64,000 bases of DNA, taken from the NCBI GenBank assembly GCA_036170555.1, contig JAVHPL010000005.1, positions 529 to 64,528 on the forward strand, read 5' to 3'. Within the stretch, counting starts at the first letter, position 1. Each line of letters opens with the position of its first letter. The notes below the pieces were generated by a model. The model was not told where the DNA came from. It saw only the letters and a list, made by a program, of their open reading frames with translations, and made no database searches. The stretch is from Sediminibacterium sp. Its GTDB lineage: Bacteria > Bacteroidota > Bacteroidia > Chitinophagales > Chitinophagaceae. This document shows, one piece after another, positions 30,901 through 41,305 of this stretch. The position numbers and the translations under genes were made by a program.

Positions 30901-31303
30901 TATTGATATTTCTTTTTAAAGAGAAAAAAGCCTGTGGATCCCAGTCTACATAAAATGCGGCCCTAATGCCAATACTTTCATTAAATAAATGGGAACTTGA
31001 TAATTTGATTGAGCTATCAAATTGCTTATAGCCCTTACCCTCTGCCCATCTATTATCTATGAATTTTCTAAATCCCTGATAAGCTTTAGTGATAGAGTCA
31101 GATGTTGTAGGAGATTCCAATATTTTTTTAAATGCCTGACGTTGCGCAGTAGGCACATCGGGTAGATAGGCTGTTTTAATTGCCATGATAATTGCAATGA
31201 TGGCAATCATTAGCAAAAAAACAATTAATCGGCTACCCCATTTAAAGCGTTGCCACCTATTGGGGTTACTGGTATGAAATATTTGATGATGTTCTTTTGC
31301 CAT
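27935..31303 (-). CDS. Membrane fusion protein: GH18-like hydrolase + CE4 polysaccharide deacetylase + processive GT2 glycan synthase
   Basis: GVNIDLEE (GH18), TFDDGP / HTFTHP / FRAPF / LLHD (NodB), DAD / EDAD / QRFRW (GT2), C-terminal TMs. Confidence 0.88.
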   Translation of the reverse strand: MAKEHHQIFHTSNPNRWQRFKWGSRLIVFLLMIAIIAIIMAIKTAYLPDVPTAQRQAFKKILESPTTSDSITKAYQGFRKFIDNRWAEGKGYKQFDSSIKLSSSHLFNESIGIRAAFYVDWDPQAFFSLKRNINKLNLILPEWFFLDPVGDSLIVRHDARGYDAIKASGVKVMPMLTNNFNGKWQGDVVHRILNDKTKRAKLINDLLKHIQQEKFSGVNIDLEELVENDNGVLANFQKELYEKFHANQLLVSQDVMPFNDDYDYKTLSKYNDYLFLMAYDEHTSDTKPGPISGQKWIEAAVEQLVAKVPVQKIVLCIAAFGYDWPKGGEGTDITYQQALSIAKENKEKIIFNNDSYNLHFSYFDDNNHPREVHFTDAATNFNIIRFVTEYGLAGTSLWRMGSEDSRLWDFYHLPMNTAAIKHFDFDEFSKVKPSNDVDFMGEGEILDVISTPTPGKIRTELDSTWMLISEQFYDTLPSMFVVKQFGKSDDKKLVLTFDDGPDPKYTREILDILAKYKVVANFFIVGIEAEQNIPLVKRIYNDGHEIGNHTFTHPNMAIVSKQRALLEMDATRLLIEVITGRSTIMFRAPFNADSHPEKMEELVPVALSRTKNYLTIGENIDPEDWQAGETKFFNADTIFNRVVRMKDLGNIILLHDAGGDRSATVEALPRIIEYFHKEGYTFTTVADLMGKTRDDVMPPVPNYKGNYLLQLNYYLAEMGYYGSRLFYSLFILFLILGTIRLLITLVFSFLQRKKENTPLLLVNQPTEFVSIIVPAYNEEVNAVSSLHNLLKCNYPHFNIIFVNDGSKDQTLAKVEAAFKDEPKIKILNKLNGGKASALNYGIDATDAAFVVCIDADTKLKPDAVSKLMVHFTNEDIGAVAGNVKVGNEINLITRWQSIEYTTSQNIDRKAFGYFNGITVVPGAIGAFRKQSIVDAGGFTSDTLAEDADLTVRILRCNYIIKNENSAIAMTEAPETLKQFMKQRFRWTFGVMQTFWKNRDTLFNTKYTILGFIALPDILLFKYIIPIFAPFADLLMLIGLFTGNASEIGVYYIMFMAVDILVATIAFLFEKEPLWKLIWLIPQRVIYRWLLLVVLFKTMNKAIKGELQHWGVLKRTGNVQDAI

Positions 31304-31339
31304 ACATTAGGTGGTTCTACAAATATCGTACTGTAAAAC

Positions 31340-31367
31340 AAAAAAGGTTGCTAAAGTTCAGCAACCT
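31340..31367 (-). terminator. Intrinsic terminator after the short carB
   Basis: AGGTTGCT/AGCAACCT 8-bp stem, 7-nt loop, T-run on the minus strand about 20 nt after the stop. Confidence 0.75.
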
Positions 31368-31389
31368 CTACTCATTAATTAAATGAATA

Positions 31390-33033
<1,644 letters not shown>

Positions 33034-33052
33034 GATATTTGAATAAATTGCA

Positions 33053-33060
33053 CAAATGTA
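33053..33060 (-). promoter_or_regulatory. -7 promoter box (TACATTTG) for carB
   Basis: TAnnTTTG match 19 nt upstream of ATG 33033. Confidence 0.55.
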
Positions 33061-33134
33061 AGGCGGTAAGCGCAAATAGGAGGGTAAAACTTCGTTTAGT
33101 CCGTTAAACTGCGTGCATCAATAAAAAAAACAAT

Positions 33135-33602
33135 ATGGCAGTATTAAAAGAAGGCAGCAAAGCGCCAGCATTTAAATCGTTAGATCAGGATGGGAAAACA
33201 GTATCCCTGGCTGATTTTAAAGGAAAAAAAGTAATCTTGTATTTTTATCCAAAAGATGATACACCGGGTTGTACAGCGCAAGCTTGCAATTTAAAAGACA
33301 ACTACAAAGCGCTTTTAAAAAAGGGTTTTGAAATAGTAGGAATCAGCGTTGATAGTGTAGCCAGTCATAAAAAGTTTCAGGATAAATTTCAGCTACCCTT
33401 TCCATTAATTTCAGATGAAGACAAAAAAATTGTAGACAAATACAATTTATGGGGTGAAAAGAAATTTATGGGCAGAACTTATATGGGCACTACCCGAACT
33501 ACTTTTTTAATAGATGAAGCAGGTATCATTAAAAAAATTATCGCTAAACCAGATACAAAAAATCATACGGAAGAGATATTAGCCGCTTGGGAAACCATTT
33601 AA
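33135..33602 (+). CDS. bcp: Thioredoxin-dependent thiol peroxidase Bcp
   Basis: YFYPKDDTPGCTAQAC, RTTFLIDE. Confidence 0.93.
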   Translation: MAVLKEGSKAPAFKSLDQDGKTVSLADFKGKKVILYFYPKDDTPGCTAQACNLKDNYKALLKKGFEIVGISVDSVASHKKFQDKFQLPFPLISDEDKKIVDKYNLWGEKKFMGRTYMGTTRTTFLIDEAGIIKKIIAKPDTKNHTEEILAAWETI

Positions 33603-33710
33603 TAGGATTTGAATAGGTAAGTATTCTGTAAATATTTGCAGCATATTTACCTATTATACCCAATAAAAAGCCCGTTTATGCGTTAAAGACTAGGAAAACC
33701 CTCTTTTTTA

Positions 33711-34958
33711 ATGCGAAAAAAGAACGAGCCGCTAAAGCAAATCAATCTTTTTATGGTACCTCCCCATATACCACCAGACGATCAACGGCGTTTGCGCGAG
33801 CTCTATCGCTATGAAGTACTAGATACTTCATACGAAGATGAGTTTAATGATGTGGTTAAATTGGCAGCTACCATTTGTAGAACTCCCATTGCGCTTATTT
33901 CACTCATAGATGCGAATCGTCAATGGTTTAAAGCCAAAGTGGGTATTGACGCGAACGAATTTTCTCGCGAAATTTCTTTTTGTGGACATACCATTGCAGC
34001 GGAAGCAGCTGTATTTGAAATACATGATGCAACACAAGATGAACGTTTTTTAGATAATCCATTGGTAGTAGAAGAACCCTATATTCGTTTTTATGCAGGC
34101 GTTCCATTAATCAATAACAATGGATTTAAAATGGGTACCATTTCTGTAATGGATACCAAGCCAGGAGAGTTAAACGAAGAGCAAATTTACACTTTACAAT
34201 CATTGGCCCGTCAGGTAGTAAAACTGCTGGATCAAAATTTATTGAATAAACAATTAGAGCAACAGAGTATAAAGCTGCAGCAACAGATGGAATTGCAGAA
34301 TCGAATCCTCTCCATAATAGCGCATGACGTACGCAATCCTATAGGAGCTGTAAAATCTATTATAGAATTGAATGCTCGTAAAATATTAAGTCAGCAAGAT
34401 TCGGTTGAGCTAATGAATATGGCGGGTAAACAAATAGATGGAACAGTAGAGTTGTTGAATAACTTGGTAGACTGGGGATCTATGCAGATGCGCGGAAGAG
34501 GTGTGGAAACGGAGAAAGTGCATGTTCGTACTTTGGTAAGTAATATGTTCAAGAGCTTTGAGGTAATGAGTTCCTTGAAATCGAATATTATGGTAAACTT
34601 GGTAGACGAAGATCTTTTTGTTCGGTCAGATATCAATGCTATGCGATTCATTTTGCGCAACCTCATTAGTAATGCCAATAAGTTTACCAAAGAAGGAGTT
34701 ATAACAGTATATGCACACAAAGAAGATAAACATGTAATGATATCTGTAAGTGATACCGGAGTTGGTATGACAGACGAAATGCAAACCAAATTATTTGATG
34801 GAGAGCATTACCAAAGTACCACGGGTACAGGTAATGAAAAAGGTAGTGGATTGGGATTGATTTTAACCAAAGACTTTATTGAAATGCTCGGCGGTACCAT
34901 TAAAGTAGAAAGCCAAGAAGATAAAGGTACTTCGGTATGTTTACTGTTTGCAGATTAA
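33711..34958 (+). CDS. GAF-domain sensor histidine kinase
   Basis: GAF (RQWFKAKVG, FCGHTI, RFYAGVPL), AHDVRNP, NLISNANKFT, DTGVG, GSGLGL. Confidence 0.9.
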   Translation: MRKKNEPLKQINLFMVPPHIPPDDQRRLRELYRYEVLDTSYEDEFNDVVKLAATICRTPIALISLIDANRQWFKAKVGIDANEFSREISFCGHTIAAEAAVFEIHDATQDERFLDNPLVVEEPYIRFYAGVPLINNNGFKMGTISVMDTKPGELNEEQIYTLQSLARQVVKLLDQNLLNKQLEQQSIKLQQQMELQNRILSIIAHDVRNPIGAVKSIIELNARKILSQQDSVELMNMAGKQIDGTVELLNNLVDWGSMQMRGRGVETEKVHVRTLVSNMFKSFEVMSSLKSNIMVNLVDEDLFVRSDINAMRFILRNLISNANKFTKEGVITVYAHKEDKHVMISVSDTGVGMTDEMQTKLFDGEHYQSTTGTGNEKGSGLGLILTKDFIEMLGGTIKVESQEDKGTSVCLLFAD

Positions 34959-35010
34959 TATCCTTCTTTTTTATTCGTAAAAAATTTACCTTAGGGAATC
35001 AATCAGGTTT

Positions 35011-35874
35011 ATGAAACGATTTCCTTTTTTTATTTGTGCCTTGCTATTAAGCATAGCCACCTTAGCTCAAAAAACCGATCAACGCCTCACATCAAAAATT
35101 AATGATTTACTAAAAGGATTCAAAGGAGATGTAGGTGTGTACGTGCATGATCTTGAAAAAAACAAGATTGTTTCCATCAATGCCGATACCATTTTTCCTA
35201 CAGCAAGTATGGTAAAGATTCCGATACTAGTAGGCGTAATGGATAAAATAGTAAAGCAAGAATTGCAATACCATCAAACACTTACTTACACCAATAATTT
35301 ATTTTACGATGATGGAGATATTGTAAGCAATTTAAAAGACAGCGCTAAAATTGAATTGAGCAAAGTGATGATGCTGATGCTAACCACCAGTGATAATACA
35401 GCAAGTTTATGGTTACAACAATTAGCTGGCACAGGTACCCGCATTAATGAATTGATGGCCCAAAATGGGTTTGAGGCAACAAGGGTAAATAGTAGAACCC
35501 CTGGACGAGAACTTAATAGAACGCAATATGGATGGGGCCAAACCACTCCAAGAGAAATGGTGCAATTAATGGAAATGATTGCCAACAAACAATTATTAAA
35601 CGATACTGCTAGTGAAAAAATGCTGCGTTTATTGGGTAGAAATTATTGGGATGAACAAGCTTTATCACAAGTACCTGCTGGTGTTTTTGTTGCCAGTAAA
35701 AATGGTGCAGTGAATGCAAGTAGAAGCGAAGTATTGTATGTGAATGCAGATGATGCGCGATATGTATTTTGTATTTGTACCAAAAACAATCAAGATACTT
35801 CTTGGGAAAATTCCAATGAGGCCTGGGTGCTTACCAATCAATTGAGTAAATTATTGTGGGAGTATTTTAACTAA
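35011..35874 (+). CDS. Secreted serine hydrolase with class A beta-lactamase-like fold
   Basis: SxxK (ASMVK), SDN, KNG in place of KTG, TTPREM; signal peptide. Confidence 0.82.
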   Translation: MKRFPFFICALLLSIATLAQKTDQRLTSKINDLLKGFKGDVGVYVHDLEKNKIVSINADTIFPTASMVKIPILVGVMDKIVKQELQYHQTLTYTNNLFYDDGDIVSNLKDSAKIELSKVMMLMLTTSDNTASLWLQQLAGTGTRINELMAQNGFEATRVNSRTPGRELNRTQYGWGQTTPREMVQLMEMIANKQLLNDTASEKMLRLLGRNYWDEQALSQVPAGVFVASKNGAVNASRSEVLYVNADDARYVFCICTKNNQDTSWENSNEAWVLTNQLSKLLWEYFN

Positions 35875-37984
35875 AAGCCAAATACACCAACCAACTCATG
35901 CAATAAGCTAATATGGTCATATATGTCAATTGAAATACAGGCCATTTCCAGGTTTTGGTTTCTCGTTTAACTACAGCCAGTGTACTCATACACTGCATGG
36001 CCAAAACATAAAATACCATTAAAGATAAAGCAGCGGCCAGTGTATATACTTTAGTACCATCTGCATGAGTGGCCGATTGTAGTTTTTGCCTCAGAGATTG
36101 ATCATCATCATCTTCTACACTATATAGGGTTGCCATGGTTCCTACAAATACTTCTCTGGCAGCAAAAGAAGTAATTAAGGCAATGCCTATTTTCCAATCA
36201 AATCCCAGTGGGGCAATAACTGGTTCAATAGTTTTACCCAAAATGCCTGCATAAGAATGTTGAAGTTTTTCAGTGAGCATTTGCCTATGTAAAGAATCTT
36301 TATATTGTGGTATAGCTTGTATTATACCAGCGTATTTATTTTCTACCTGTTTAATTTGTTCTCCAGGGCCATAGGAACTTAAGAACCAAAGTAATAAACT
36401 AATGATCATAATTATTTTACCTGCATCGGTTACAAAAATGCGGGCTTTTTCTACCATGGTGATGGCTACATTATTCCATCGAGGCGCACGGTAAATGGGC
36501 AACTCTAAAATAAAAAAGCTCTTCTCTTTAATATTGATAAACCATTTTAAAATATAGCTCACGAACAATGCCATGAATGTTCCCAAAAAATACAGGGCCA
36601 TCATCACCAAGCCTTGAAGGCTTATAAATCCCCAATAATAATGATCGTCAATTACCAATGCTATTAAAATAGTGTACACGGGTAAACGGGCACTACAACT
36701 CATTAATGGGGTAACCAATATGGTGAGTAATCTCTCTTTTTTATTTTCAATATTGCGCGCACTCATAATGGCAGGTACTGCACAAGCAAAACTGCTAATC
36801 ATGGGCATTACACTCTTTCCATTTAACCCTACTTTTCGCATCAAACGGTCACTTAAAAAACCAATCCTGGCCATATATCCACTATCTTCTAGCATAGTAA
36901 TAAGCCCAAATAAAATCATGATCTGTGGAATAAACACCATGATACCACTCATACCTGCAACAATTCCATTAATCAATAAATCACTCCACCATATATCGGG
37001 TAATTGTTGGGTTAGCCAACTGCTTATTTGTGCAAAACACCATTCAATTCCATCCATTGGATATTTAGCCAAAGCAAAAACACTTTGGAATAGCAAAAAA
37101 AGTACCGTAAGTAAAATGATATATCCCCAGGTACGGTGCAACAATAAATTATCTAATTTATCGCTGAACATTTTTTTATCTAGTGGGCCAGGCTCTACTA
37201 CATTATCCTTCATAATTTGCCGGATATGTGTATAACGCTGCATAATTTCCTCTGCCTGTGTTTTGGTGGCATTAAATTGATTTCGTTCTACAATTGCTGG
37301 AATTTGTGCATGATCTTCATTAACAGAAAGCTCATCATAATTAATTAAATGATGAATGGCTGCATATTTACTCAATTGTGGAAACAGGGTTTGTACTTCT
37401 TTAATAGCGTTGGGAGCTAGTTTTTCAACCTCAATAAAATTATGGCATTTTTTACAAGACTCAGTAGAAGTATGAGTAAGTGTGGCGATAGCATTTTTTA
37501 ACTCAGGTAAGCCCTTGTTTTTTCTAGGGTTTACCACTACTACCGGAATGCCCAAGGATGCTTCTAAGCCAGCGATATTTATTTTGATACCTTTTTTAAC
37601 CGCTAAATCATTCATCGTAAGTGCTAACACTACGGGAATTTTGAGATCAATGATTTGGCTACAAAACAATAAATTTCGCTTTAAATTACTGGCATCTGCT
37701 ACCAATAATACCATATCTGCTTTTACGGTTTCATCAACTCCCATTAATACTTTATAGGCTACTCGTTCATCTGCCCTGCGGGGATAAAGGCTATAAGTTC
37801 CTGGTAAATCAATCAATTCGGTATCTCTATTATGGTCTACAGAATAAAGGCCCGTTTTTTTATCTACTGTAACGCCAGGGAAATTGCCCACTTTTTGATT
37901 CATACCCGTAAGGGCATTGAACAGAGAACTTTTACCACTGTTGGGGTTACCTACTAATGCAATATGAAACTTTGCGGTTGCCAA
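35867..37984 (-). CDS. feoB: Ferrous iron transporter FeoB; probable start TTG 37984 (ORF track 38053)
   Basis: GNPNSGKS, VGNFPGVT, DLPGTYS, gate motifs SFACAVPA, CSARLP, ELPIY. Confidence 0.93.
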   Translation of the reverse strand: MATAKFHIALVGNPNSGKSSLFNALTGMNQKVGNFPGVTVDKKTGLYSVDHNRDTELIDLPGTYSLYPRRADERVAYKVLMGVDETVKADMVLLVADASNLKRNLLFCSQIIDLKIPVVLALTMNDLAVKKGIKINIAGLEASLGIPVVVVNPRKNKGLPELKNAIATLTHTSTESCKKCHNFIEVEKLAPNAIKEVQTLFPQLSKYAAIHHLINYDELSVNEDHAQIPAIVERNQFNATKTQAEEIMQRYTHIRQIMKDNVVEPGPLDKKMFSDKLDNLLLHRTWGYIILLTVLFLLFQSVFALAKYPMDGIEWCFAQISSWLTQQLPDIWWSDLLINGIVAGMSGIMVFIPQIMILFGLITMLEDSGYMARIGFLSDRLMRKVGLNGKSVMPMISSFACAVPAIMSARNIENKKERLLTILVTPLMSCSARLPVYTILIALVIDDHYYWGFISLQGLVMMALYFLGTFMALFVSYILKWFINIKEKSFFILELPIYRAPRWNNVAITMVEKARIFVTDAGKIIMIISLLLWFLSSYGPGEQIKQVENKYAGIIQAIPQYKDSLHRQMLTEKLQHSYAGILGKTIEPVIAPLGFDWKIGIALITSFAAREVFVGTMATLYSVEDDDDQSLRQKLQSATHADGTKVYTLAAALSLMVFYVLAMQCMSTLAVVKRETKTWKWPVFQLTYMTILAYCMSWLVYLAFS

Positions 37985-37989
37985 GGTTG

Positions 37990-37997
37990 CAAAAGTA
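37990..37997 (-). promoter_or_regulatory. -7 promoter box (TACTTTTG) for feoB
   Basis: TAnnTTTG match 5 nt upstream of TTG 37984. Confidence 0.5.
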
Positions 37998-38054
37998 GGT
38001 GCTACAATTAGGATAAGGTTACGAGATTGGGAACAGAATATAAGTTCATCCACT

Positions 38055-38062
38055 TACTTTTG
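38055..38062 (+). promoter_or_regulatory. -7 promoter box (TACTTTTG) for the M28 peptidase gene
   Basis: TAnnTTTG match 17 nt upstream of ATG 38080. Confidence 0.5.
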
Positions 38063-38079
38063 TAATTCAAACTTCATTT

Positions 38080-39723
38080 ATGAAAAAATGGATTGCATTT
38101 TTTTTATTTATTCCCTTGCTTTTAGATGCACAATCGAAGCGTAAACTAAGAATTGCCGAGCAAAAAGAAACTATTTCAATTATCGCTAATTTAAAAAAAC
38201 ATGTACAGTTTTTGGCAAGTGATGCTTTAGAAGGAAGAAGAACCGGCACGAAGGGCGAATTACTAGCAATGGAGTATATAATAGATCAATATAAACAAAT
38301 GGGTTTAATGCCCAAAGGGGTGAATGGATTTATTCAAGAATTTGAAATTAATGAAGGCAAACAAATTGATGCACGTACTATTTTAAAAATAGATGAAAAA
38401 CAATTGCTATTGGGAGAAGATTATTTTCCATTAGCATTTAGTGCGTTAAATTACGTAAAAGGCAATACAGCAGCAGCTTTGAACGAGTCTAATTTACCTT
38501 GGTTTAAAGACCTTGCCGAATTATTAGAAGAAAATAAAACCAATCCGCATTTTGATATAGACGAAGCCATTAAAAAAGAAGTGAATGCTGCTGCTGCAAA
38601 AAAAGCAACTGCTTTGTTTGTATACAATAGCACTAGCATAGTAGACAATGTTCAATTTAATAAAAATGATCATTCTCAGCCTGCGCTTATTCCTGTTATT
38701 TATTTAACCAAGGATGGATTAAAAAAATACCTGCCCGATTTTACTGCATCCGTAAATATAGAATTAAATGTTGCCTACAGCGATAGAATACGAAAAGCTA
38801 GAAATATTATTGGGTATATTAATAATAATGCCACCAATACGGTAATACTGGGCGCACATTATGATCATTTAGGCTATGGGGAAGATAAAAATGCATTAGA
38901 TACAGGGCATATCATTCGTAATGGAGCCGATGACAATGCCAGTGGAACAGCCGCTTTGATAGAATTAACCAGGAACTTACTAAAAAAATCGCCCACCAAT
39001 AACAATTATTTAATAATCCATTTTTCTGCTGAAGAGTTAGGCTTATTTGGTAGTAAATACTGGTTAGAAAATCCTACTGCAACAATTACACCCAATTATA
39101 TGATTAATATGGATATGGTTGGAAGGTATGATACAGCAAGAAAATTAACGATTGGCGGATATGGCACATCTCCAGCATGGGCAACTATTATACCATCCGT
39201 AATAGGTAAGCTGGCTTTTAAAATTGATAGTGCAGGAAGTGGACCTAGTGATCATGCAAGTTTTTATAGAAAAGATATGCCCGTACTATTTATGTTTACT
39301 GGTAGTCATACAGATTATCATAAAGCTACTGATGATTGGGAAAAAATTCAATATGACGGCGAACGTGAAATTATTCGCTTGGTATATAATATAATAGTGC
39401 AGGCAGATGCAAATGGCAAACTGCTTTTTACCAAAACGAAAGAGCCGCAAATGGGCCGTAGCAAAAGGTTTACGGTAAGTTTAGGGGTTATTCCAGACTA
39501 TGGATTTTCAGGAACAGGGATGCGCATAGATGGAGTAAGTCCAGGTAAATTGGCAGAGAAAAAAGGGTTGCAAGCAGGTGATATTTTATTGCAATTGGGA
39601 GAGTATAAATTTGTAGATGTAAATAGTTATATGCAATCTCTTTCTAAATTTAAAAAAGGAGATAAAACTATTTTAATCATTAAAAGAGGAGCAGAAGAGA
39701 AACAAATTGAGCTAGAGTTTTAA
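38080..39723 (+). CDS. M28-family secreted metallopeptidase with C-terminal PDZ domain
   Basis: HYDHLG, GADDNASG, AEELGL, NMDMVG, SDH; PDZ segment SLGVIPD...GLQAGDIL. Confidence 0.88.
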   Translation: MKKWIAFFLFIPLLLDAQSKRKLRIAEQKETISIIANLKKHVQFLASDALEGRRTGTKGELLAMEYIIDQYKQMGLMPKGVNGFIQEFEINEGKQIDARTILKIDEKQLLLGEDYFPLAFSALNYVKGNTAAALNESNLPWFKDLAELLEENKTNPHFDIDEAIKKEVNAAAAKKATALFVYNSTSIVDNVQFNKNDHSQPALIPVIYLTKDGLKKYLPDFTASVNIELNVAYSDRIRKARNIIGYINNNATNTVILGAHYDHLGYGEDKNALDTGHIIRNGADDNASGTAALIELTRNLLKKSPTNNNYLIIHFSAEELGLFGSKYWLENPTATITPNYMINMDMVGRYDTARKLTIGGYGTSPAWATIIPSVIGKLAFKIDSAGSGPSDHASFYRKDMPVLFMFTGSHTDYHKATDDWEKIQYDGEREIIRLVYNIIVQADANGKLLFTKTKEPQMGRSKRFTVSLGVIPDYGFSGTGMRIDGVSPGKLAEKKGLQAGDILLQLGEYKFVDVNSYMQSLSKFKKGDKTILIIKRGAEEKQIELEF

Positions 39724-39732
39724 ATAAGATGT

Positions 39733-40167
39733 ATGAAGCTACGCTTAGATGTGGATGAATTAAATGATGATTTTTTTGAGGACACCCGATTACTGGGCAT
39801 AACGGCAACCGTAAAAAACTACCAGTTTTGTATGCAGTTGAACAATATGCTTGGGTATGACTTTAGGTTGAACCCGGAAATAGAAATTCACCTGAAAAAA
39901 AAGGGGAGGAATTATTATTTCTCTATTTATCAATATGCCGAGCCTAATACTCCACTCATTCATTATTTATATCAAAATCAATTTGATGGTGAGTATTTAT
40001 TACCCGAATTTAAGCACATGGATTTCTTATGGTTAATGAAATACGATTATGTTGATGAAGACAAATACAATTGGATCAAACAAACTATTCGCAACCTTAA
40101 TGGGGTACAGATGATTGTAGAGTTAACCAATGAGCAAATAAAGAATAAGGGGAATATGGTTTTTTAA
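39733..40167 (+). CDS. IPExxxVDY family protein (Bacteroidota)
   Basis: LLPEFKHMDF variant of the family motif; acidic N-terminus LDVDELNDDFF. Confidence 0.7.
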   Translation: MKLRLDVDELNDDFFEDTRLLGITATVKNYQFCMQLNNMLGYDFRLNPEIEIHLKKKGRNYYFSIYQYAEPNTPLIHYLYQNQFDGEYLLPEFKHMDFLWLMKYDYVDEDKYNWIKQTIRNLNGVQMIVELTNEQIKNKGNMVF

Positions 40168-40172
40168 TTTCC

Positions 40173-41225
40173 TTACAGTTCTACACAAATTCTTTTTTCA
40201 CCTTTTGCTGTTAAAGAACCAATGGGCTCTATAAAATTTTGTAACCCATGTTGTACAAAGATGGCTTGCACATCATTGACCGAGCTGGGATCTACCGCAA
40301 TAAGTAAGCCTCCGTTGGTTTGTGGATCGGGTAAAATAGAAAACGCTTCCATTACATTCACACCTTTAGCAAATGACACTTCTGAGCTATATGCATTCCA
40401 GTTTCTAAAAGTTGCATCAGGAGTAGATTTCTGTGCCAGCAATGCTTTAGCTTCTAATAAAATAGGTACTTTGCTATAAGAAATGGTTGCTCCAATACCA
40501 CTACCTTCTGCCATTTCCATCAAATGACCAATTAATCCAAAACCAGTAACATCTGTCATGGCATGAACTCCTTTAATTAAGCCCAAATCTTGGCCTACCC
40601 TATTTAATTCATTCAATTGCTTAATGAGTAAGGGTAAATCTGCTTCATTTAATAAACCTCTTTTTTGCGCAGTTGCTAAAATGCCTACTCCTAAGGGTTT
40701 AGTTAAAAACAATTGATCCCCTTCCTTGGCGCAATTGTTTTGTTTAATATTTTCAGTAGCTATTAATCCATTTACCGATAAACCAAATATAGGTTCGGTA
40801 GTATCAATGCTATGGCCACCAGCCAAAGGAATACCTGCTTCCAAGCACTTACTTCTTCCACCTTCTATAACATCGGCAGCAATACTTGCAGGAAGTTTAT
40901 CAATAGGCCATCCTAAAATAGCCAATGCCATAATGGGTTTACCGCCCATAGCATATACATCGCTAATAGCATTGGCAGCCGCAATTCTTCCAAATTGATA
41001 CGGATCGTCTATGATGGGCATAAAAAAATCGGTAGTGCTAATGAGTGCAGTTCCATTACCCAAATCGTAAATGGCAGCATCATCCTTGCTACTATTACCT
41101 ACTAATAAATTTGGATAGTTAGGTTGTTCAGTTGCCGTTTTAAGAATGGAATTTAACACCGCAGGGGCAATTTTACATCCACAACCACCTCCGTGAGAAA
41201 ATTGAGTAAGTTTTACTTCGGGCAT
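40173..41225 (-). CDS. selD: Selenide, water dikinase (Cys form); probable start ATG 41225
   Basis: LTQFSHGGGCGCKI, DDAAIY, TTDFFMPIIDDP, AANAISDVYAMGG, TDVTGFGL, PDPQTNGGLL; both active-site codons are Cys, no in-frame UGA. Confidence 0.95.
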   Translation of the reverse strand: MPEVKLTQFSHGGGCGCKIAPAVLNSILKTATEQPNYPNLLVGNSSKDDAAIYDLGNGTALISTTDFFMPIIDDPYQFGRIAAANAISDVYAMGGKPIMALAILGWPIDKLPASIAADVIEGGRSKCLEAGIPLAGGHSIDTTEPIFGLSVNGLIATENIKQNNCAKEGDQLFLTKPLGVGILATAQKRGLLNEADLPLLIKQLNELNRVGQDLGLIKGVHAMTDVTGFGLIGHLMEMAEGSGIGATISYSKVPILLEAKALLAQKSTPDATFRNWNAYSSEVSFAKGVNVMEAFSILPDPQTNGGLLIAVDPSSVNDVQAIFVQHGLQNFIEPIGSLTAKGEKRICVEL

Positions 41226-41284
41226 AACTACATATTTATGCGAAGGTATAGTCAAACACATTCATGTAGGGTATAAATGAAGAA

Positions 41285-41305
41285 AGCTGCAAATTAATTG
41301 CAGCT
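41285..41305 (-). terminator. Terminator-like hairpin upstream of selD with no annotated gene feeding into it
   Basis: AGCTGCAA/TTGCAGCT 8-bp stem, 5-nt loop, followed by TTCTTCATTT on the minus strand. Confidence 0.5.

Noticed and set aside
31304-31389. Frameshifted continuation of carB
   Set aside because: The downstream sequence is short, contains stops and a terminator, and does not encode the expected GSGPNRIGQG motif
36672-37235. 187-aa plus-strand ORF inside feoB
   Set aside because: Antisense shadow; no family motifs or start context
40173-41261. Possible selenocysteine recoding in selD or its neighbours
   Set aside because: The active site is GCGCK with Cys codons; no in-frame TGA with a conserved continuation was seen
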